Part shown: piece by piece, positions 58,855-64,000 of the stretch
Numbering within the stretch: the stretch's first letter is position 1
Layout of the letters: each line of letters begins with the position of its first letter
Origin: a bacterium
GTDB taxonomy: Bacteria > UBA8248
DNA length: 64,000 nucleotides
Assembly (NCBI GenBank): GCA_965261085.1
Contig: OZ253442.1
Coordinates: forward strand, 3,264,001-3,328,000
Direction of reading: 5' to 3'
The notes under the pieces: generated by a model
Databases searched by the model: none
The model's input: only the letters and a program-made list of their open reading frames with translations
Told to the model about the DNA's origin: nothing
Made by a program: the position numbers and the translations under genes

Positions 58855-61037
58855 TCACATGGAATCTTCCACCACCGACAGCGTGTAGGTGCCTGTATCG
58901 TATCCCCAGGCGCCGGCCGCCACATAGTAGGCGCCGGCTTCCTCCGCCGTGAACGTCACCCGGGCGTTGTAGCCCGCGCCGCCGTCGTCGTCCGTCGTGC
59001 CGGGGATGAAGTTTCCGTCCGCGTCGTGGAGCCCGTACAGATACGGGTCACTCAAGGTGCCGCTCCCGGTCGGCGAGCCCTTGAGGTCGATCCGGTAGGT
59101 CGCGCCCGCCTCGAGTTCCACCGCGAACCAGTCGCAGTCGAACGAGATCTCGATATCGCTCGTCACCGAGCCGCCCACCTCCACCGCGCCGCTCGTCCCG
59201 GTACCCGCCGCCAAATCGTCCGGGACCTCAGTCACCGACAGCGTGTAGGTGCCTTTACTGTCATATTCACCGCCGCCGGTGTATACATAGCTGTTGCCGG
59301 CCACCAAATAGTAGGTGCCGGCATCCGTCGCCGTGAACGTCACCCGGGCGTTGTAGCCCGCGCCGCCGTCGTCGTCCCACGTGTAGAGGATACGGACGCC
59401 GTCCGCGTCGCGGACCGAGCCCAGATGCGGGTTCCTCATGGTGCCGCCCCCGGTCCACGAGCCTTCCAGGTCGATCCGGTAGGTACTGCCCGCCTCGAGC
59501 TCGACGGCGAACCAGTCGTGGTCGTTAAATACATGGATCTTGCCCGTCGCCGAGCCGCCCACCGCAACCCGGCCGGTCGTGGAGGTGTCTTCCGGAAGGT
59601 CCTGGCCGTCCGGTTCGGACACACTCTGTTGCGTCTCCGTAACCTCCTGCGCTTCGGCCACGTCGGTGACGTTGACGGTGACGGTCACCTCGCTGTGCAG
59701 GCTGCCGTCACTCGCCCGCACCGTCAGTTCGTACCGGGTCGTCCCCGACTCGTAGTCCTCGCCCGCGCCCTGGTACGACAGGGCGCCCGTCCCCGGGTCG
59801 ATGGCGAACAGGCCACCGGAGTCGCCCGCCTCGATGCTGTAGGTAATCGTCGAGTTTTCCGGGTCCGTCGCCGATACCGCGCCCAACGCTACACTGGCCG
59901 CGCCGCCGTCGGCGTTCTCCGCCAGTGAGAACGCATAGCTCCCCTCCGCGAACGCCGGCGCTTCGGCCACGTCGGTGACGTTGACGGTGACGGTCACCTC
60001 GCTGTGCAGGCTGCCGTCACTCGCCCGCACCGTCAGTTCGTAGCTGGTCGTCCCCGACTCGTAGTCCTCGCCCGCGCCCTGGTACGACAGGGCGCCCGTC
60101 CCTGAGTCGATCTCGAACAGGCCACCGGAGTCGCCCGCCTCGATGCTGTAGGTAATCGTCGAGTTTTCCGGATCCGTCGCAGAGACCGCGCCCAACGCTA
60201 CACTGGCCGCGCCGCCGTCCGCGTTCTCCGCGAGTGAGAACGCGTAGCTCGGCTGCGCGAACTCCGGCGCCTCATCCGTCCCCTGCTGCTGCTGCTCCAA
60301 GGCGGCCACCACGTCGGGATTGGCCCCACACTCACCCCATAACGCAGTTTGAATTCGTTGGCGCCTTCTTCCTGCGCTTCCACACGCACGAAATACGTCC
60401 CGGCCAGGAGCGTCTGCGAAATCCACTCGTTCGCCGTCCCCTCCTCCGTGCCGCTGTAGAGGACGTTGCCTTCGGCGTCCTCCAGAAACAGGTCGGCATT
60501 CGCATCCTGTTGGCGCAAACCCAGTCCAACCCTCCTGGCCTCCGAAAGCGTGAAGCGCCAGTAGTCCACCGAGTCGGAGGAGCCGTCGAGTGATGCCGCC
60601 GGAAACTGCGGCCCGGCGAGAGCCGTGATGTCGCCGAGATCGGCGGCGCCGCCGCGCTCGGCGTCCGTATCCACCCATTCCGTCACGCGCACGGTGTAGT
60701 CGCCCGTCTGATTCGAACGGCCGCGAGCTTCGATATAGTAGGCGCCGGTGGTGGTGGCGGTGAAGGTCAACCGGGCGTCCCTGCCGACGCCGCCATCGTT
60801 GTCCCGGGCGCCCGCAATCCGGTTGCCGGCGGCGTCGTAGAGGCCTCGCAGTACCGGGTCCTGCAGGGCGCCGCCGCCGCTGTCGGCTCCCTCCAGGCCG
60901 ATGACGTAGGTATGGCCGGCGACCAGGTCGACCGCGAACCAGTCGAAGTCATTCGAGGTCTCGATCTCGCCCGTCGCCGAGCCCCCCACCGCAACCGCGC
61001 CGGTGGTCTGCGTATCGGATGTATAGTCGTCAGGCAT
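58855..61037 (-). pseudogene. PPC-like plus cadherin protein, short paralog with a +2 frameshift near 60328
   Basis: Coding strand GTGAGTGTGGGG versus GTGAGTGGGG in the paralogs; 58855-60205 matches 25029-26379. Confidence 0.88.
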
Positions 61038-61420
61038 GGTCTGTCCCCTTTCTCAAGTCAATAACGCAATGAAACCTGCCTCCGAGGGGGAGCTTGTCCG
61101 CCCGACCGGGGCAACTCGCTTCTCCTCGTCGATGGATCCGGAAGATCCCCCCAAACACTCACACTCACCGAAAACTCCCCGCGCACCGCCCCGTAGTTGC
61201 TCTACGGAGCGCTGTAAATGACCATGAACCCATTTAAGCACAAAATGTGTGAACTTAGTGTGAGCGTTTGCGACAATTACGTGTTGTTATCGTGTTATTT
61301 TGGATGAATTCTGCTGTGGGGCCGCAACTGCGCCGTGGACAAGGGGTTCCGAAACGATCCGCCGACAGTGGGACGCCGTCCGGCTCGCTCTCCCGGAATA
61401 TGACCGCGTCGGCGGCGAAC
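61038..61420 (-). promoter_or_regulatory. Shared leader, directly upstream of the gene that precedes the T1SS operon
   Basis: Same core at 61234-61263. Confidence 0.85.
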
Positions 61421-61570
61421 AGGGCTACGCCGGGACCGGCAAGACCGTTCCCGTGCTTGACGAGGGTTCCCTCGCCTCCACGCTCGAGGTCCGTGAGTTG
61501 CGCCGGCTGGCACCACGGTCGACGCCAAGGATCTGCTGGTCGTCGTCGGCGACGCCTGGCGCGCCTGACC
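61370..61570 (+). pseudogene. TrwC/TraI relaxase helicase fragments
   Basis: DAVRLAL..DRVGGEQGYAGTGKT joined to VLDEGSLAST; internal deletion. Confidence 0.7.
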
Positions 61571-61704
61571 GGACGGCAACAAACCGGGGGATGAGGAATG
61601 CGCCTCGCGAGCTTAAGCTAAAGGGGTTCCGAACGCATCAGCGCCCGGCCTTCCTTGAATCTTCTCCAGAGTCATCCGAATCGACCCCCGGCCGAAGCGA
61701 TTTA

Positions 61705-61928
61705 TTTGAGACCGTCCACATCGAGGCGAAGGCGTATTCGCCCGCTTTTGCGGTGACGGGACGCGGGAGAGCACGGGTATGACGGCGGAGCGACTCGGCT
61801 CGTTCGGGCCGAGGGAATTTCTGAAAAATACGATAAATTCACGGGGTTTTTCGATAAATAAATAAAAGTATAACCTATTGATATATATTGAGTTATACGC
61901 GTATTCGCCTCTGATCGGGGCGTTGATG
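61705..61928 (+). repeat. Island boundary element, copy 3
   Basis: Matches 42580-42815; IHF consensus on the minus strand at 61871-61883. Confidence 0.85.
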
Positions 61929-62236
61929 CACATGCTCCTTAACCTGGCGATATCCGTGGCGGCCGTTTCGCTCTCCCTGCCCACACCCCCGGCGCGTTTT
62001 CCGTGAACGCGGAAAGGCGGCATTCGCCAGCCCACCCTGAATTCAGCCAACCCTTTCATTCCCCATTCGGGATAAGAATAGATTTATCCTACACACTCTA
62101 TGTCGAGAGTCGCAATTTCCCCGCTTCCGCTGTTGTGATAAATTGGCGATGCTCCAATTATTCTTGCAGCCAAAATTTTGCGAACTTTCCGAGGGGAGGT
62201 TCCGCGTACCGGCGCGCCTATCGAAGGGGAAACTTC

Positions 62237-63511
62237 ATGAAACGCGCAATCACGCCCGAGAACTGCCCGCAGCCCCTGAAAGCGCAGTCGCAGCTCATCG
62301 AAACCGAACACTTCATCTTCTTTTCCGGGCAGCTTCCGACGGACTACGTTTCCGGCATCGCGCCCGAGGCGGCGGTTGACCCGGCGCTCCCCTACGCCTC
62401 GCCGCCCGAAATGGTCCGCCAGACGCGCTACATGCTACAGACCATGGAAAAAGTGCTGGGGAGCGCGGAGATCGGTTTCGAGGATCTCATACGGATCGAG
62501 CAGTTCATCACCGGCCGGGATCAGGCGCCCTGGTATTCTTCGGCGCGGCAAAGCTTCATGGCGAAGGCCCACCCAACCAGCACACGGGTCGTCTCGAAGG
62601 CGCTCGAAGTGCCCGGCGCCATGATCGCCTGCGACGGAATCGCGGTGAACCCCAAGGCGGGATGGGAAAAGGTCACCCACGACCTGGAGGTCGTCCCCAA
62701 GGCCGTGACGGGATACCCCGCGGCGCAGTCGGCGGGGCCGTTCATCTTCATGCCGGGCATGATCGCCACCGATTATGAGACCGGCGTCCACCCGGACGCC
62801 CGGGTGAATCCGGCCCTGTGGCATCAGTCCGCCATCAAGCGGCAGACCGAATACATCGTCCGGACGAAGGAAAAAGTGCTCGGCGAACTCGGCCTTTCCC
62901 TGAATGACATCATCCAGTCGAGCGTCTATCTCAAGCACATGGAAGATCTGCCGGCCTTCGACTATGTGTGGCGAAGCTTTTTCCCCGAGAACCCGCCCGC
63001 CCGGGTGCTCATCCCCTGCGACGATCTGGCCATCGGCGGCTCGCGAATCGAGATCAGCTCCATCGCCCTTCGCCCGGATTCGGGGTTCGCCCGGAAGACC
63101 ATCACGGCCGGCGACGCGCCTGCGCCGGTTTTTCACGAACCCCACGGGGTGAAAGCGGGGCCCTATTTATTCTTCTCGACGCAAATCGCAGCGGACGAAA
63201 GCGGACTGGCCGAGGAGGCGAGCGTGAATCCTGGGCTCCCCTGGTATGCCTCGGCCATCAAGCTCCAGGTCGAATACATGCTCAAAAACGTGGACGCCAT
63301 CTGCCGGGCGGCGGGGGGATCTCTTTCAGACGTGGTGAGAAGCCAGACCGTGTTCTCCGATATGGCCGACCTGCACGGGGCGTTCGAGGTGTGGGGGAGC
63401 GCCTTCCCGAAGGATCCGCCGGTGAACACGAGCGCGGAGACGGCGACCCCCATGCCCGTACCGGGATGCCGGGTCCTCGCCTCTTTGATGGCCTACATCC
63501 CGGACGAATAA
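62237..63511 (+). CDS. Triple-domain RidA/YjgF family protein
   Basis: Three repeats (FFSGQLPTD, FMPGMIATD, FFSTQIAAD), each followed by Q..Y; ATG at 62237 after GAAGGGG. Confidence 0.85.
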   Translation: MKRAITPENCPQPLKAQSQLIETEHFIFFSGQLPTDYVSGIAPEAAVDPALPYASPPEMVRQTRYMLQTMEKVLGSAEIGFEDLIRIEQFITGRDQAPWYSSARQSFMAKAHPTSTRVVSKALEVPGAMIACDGIAVNPKAGWEKVTHDLEVVPKAVTGYPAAQSAGPFIFMPGMIATDYETGVHPDARVNPALWHQSAIKRQTEYIVRTKEKVLGELGLSLNDIIQSSVYLKHMEDLPAFDYVWRSFFPENPPARVLIPCDDLAIGGSRIEISSIALRPDSGFARKTITAGDAPAPVFHEPHGVKAGPYLFFSTQIAADESGLAEEASVNPGLPWYASAIKLQVEYMLKNVDAICRAAGGSLSDVVRSQTVFSDMADLHGAFEVWGSAFPKDPPVNTSAETATPMPVPGCRVLASLMAYIPDE

Positions 63512-63523
63512 GAAGTCACGTCG

Positions 63524-63919
63524 GTGCCGAGAGAATATCTGGAAGGGAACCCCCGGCAGGAGCAGCGCGCCTTCTCGCCGGCCGTCATCACGAAGGGCGG
63601 AAAGCAGGTCTGGCTGGCCGGGGTCGGCCGGACCATCGACGGGGAAGGAAACCAGCTCCACGGTGATTTCGGTGCGCAGGCACATGCTTCGTTCCGCGCC
63701 ATCCAGGAGGTGCTGGAGCGCGCGGGGGGAAGGCTCGACGACATCGTGACGATGACGGTTTTCATTCTCGACGTTCGCCACGGCGACCGGTTCACGGCGA
63801 TCCGCAAGGAATATTTTCCTGAAAACGCCCCGGCCAGCGCCTTGATCACCGTGAAGGGCTTCGCCCGGCCGGAGATGATGGTCGAGATTCAGGCAATCGC
63901 CGTCATCGGTGACGAATAG
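63524..63919 (+). CDS. RidA family protein
   Basis: AFSPAV, RKEYF..PASALI, VEIQAIA. Confidence 0.88.
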   Translation: MPREYLEGNPRQEQRAFSPAVITKGGKQVWLAGVGRTIDGEGNQLHGDFGAQAHASFRAIQEVLERAGGRLDDIVTMTVFILDVRHGDRFTAIRKEYFPENAPASALITVKGFARPEMMVEIQAIAVIGDE

Positions 63920-64000
63920 CCGCCCGAAGCGGTTGCGCCCTACCTCAGGAGCCGAGCGGTTGGAAATTTGAGCCGACGCTTTTGGAGAGCTCTTTCTCAT

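Noticed and set aside
63326-64000. Minus-strand ORF at the right edge
   Set aside because: Antisense to two well-supported RidA genes

Overview
Window from a Gram-negative bacterium (TolC-type and autotransporter genes are present). Housekeeping and metabolic genes lie at 1-9.1 kb (MoxR-type AAA ATPase, SDR, tyrS, MFS, aminotransferase, coaD, moaB), 42.8-52.7 kb (kbl, SDR, MFS, hydantoinase A/B pair, two pseudogenes) and 62-64 kb (RidA family). Two mosaic islands (about 9.14-42.8 kb and 52.8-61.9 kb) interrupt them and are bounded by copies of an att-arm-like sequence with IHF-consensus sites. The islands carry a complete type I secretion system, two pure RTX nonapeptide proteins, an autotransporter, an IS1182-family element, an integron-like cassette, and remnants of integrase and relaxase genes. 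The most striking content is a family of signal-peptide-less acidic proteins built from ~120-aa PPC-like beta-sandwich repeats plus cadherin-like repeats. Their framework DNA is nearly invariant while four short loops are hypervariable. Most of these genes share one upstream leader with 11-bp-period direct repeats, and a soluble kinase-receiver-OmpR winged-helix protein sits among them. A co-regulated, recombining repertoire of secreted binding proteins is my inference and is not demonstrated. All family assignments come from motifs read by eye; no database search was run.
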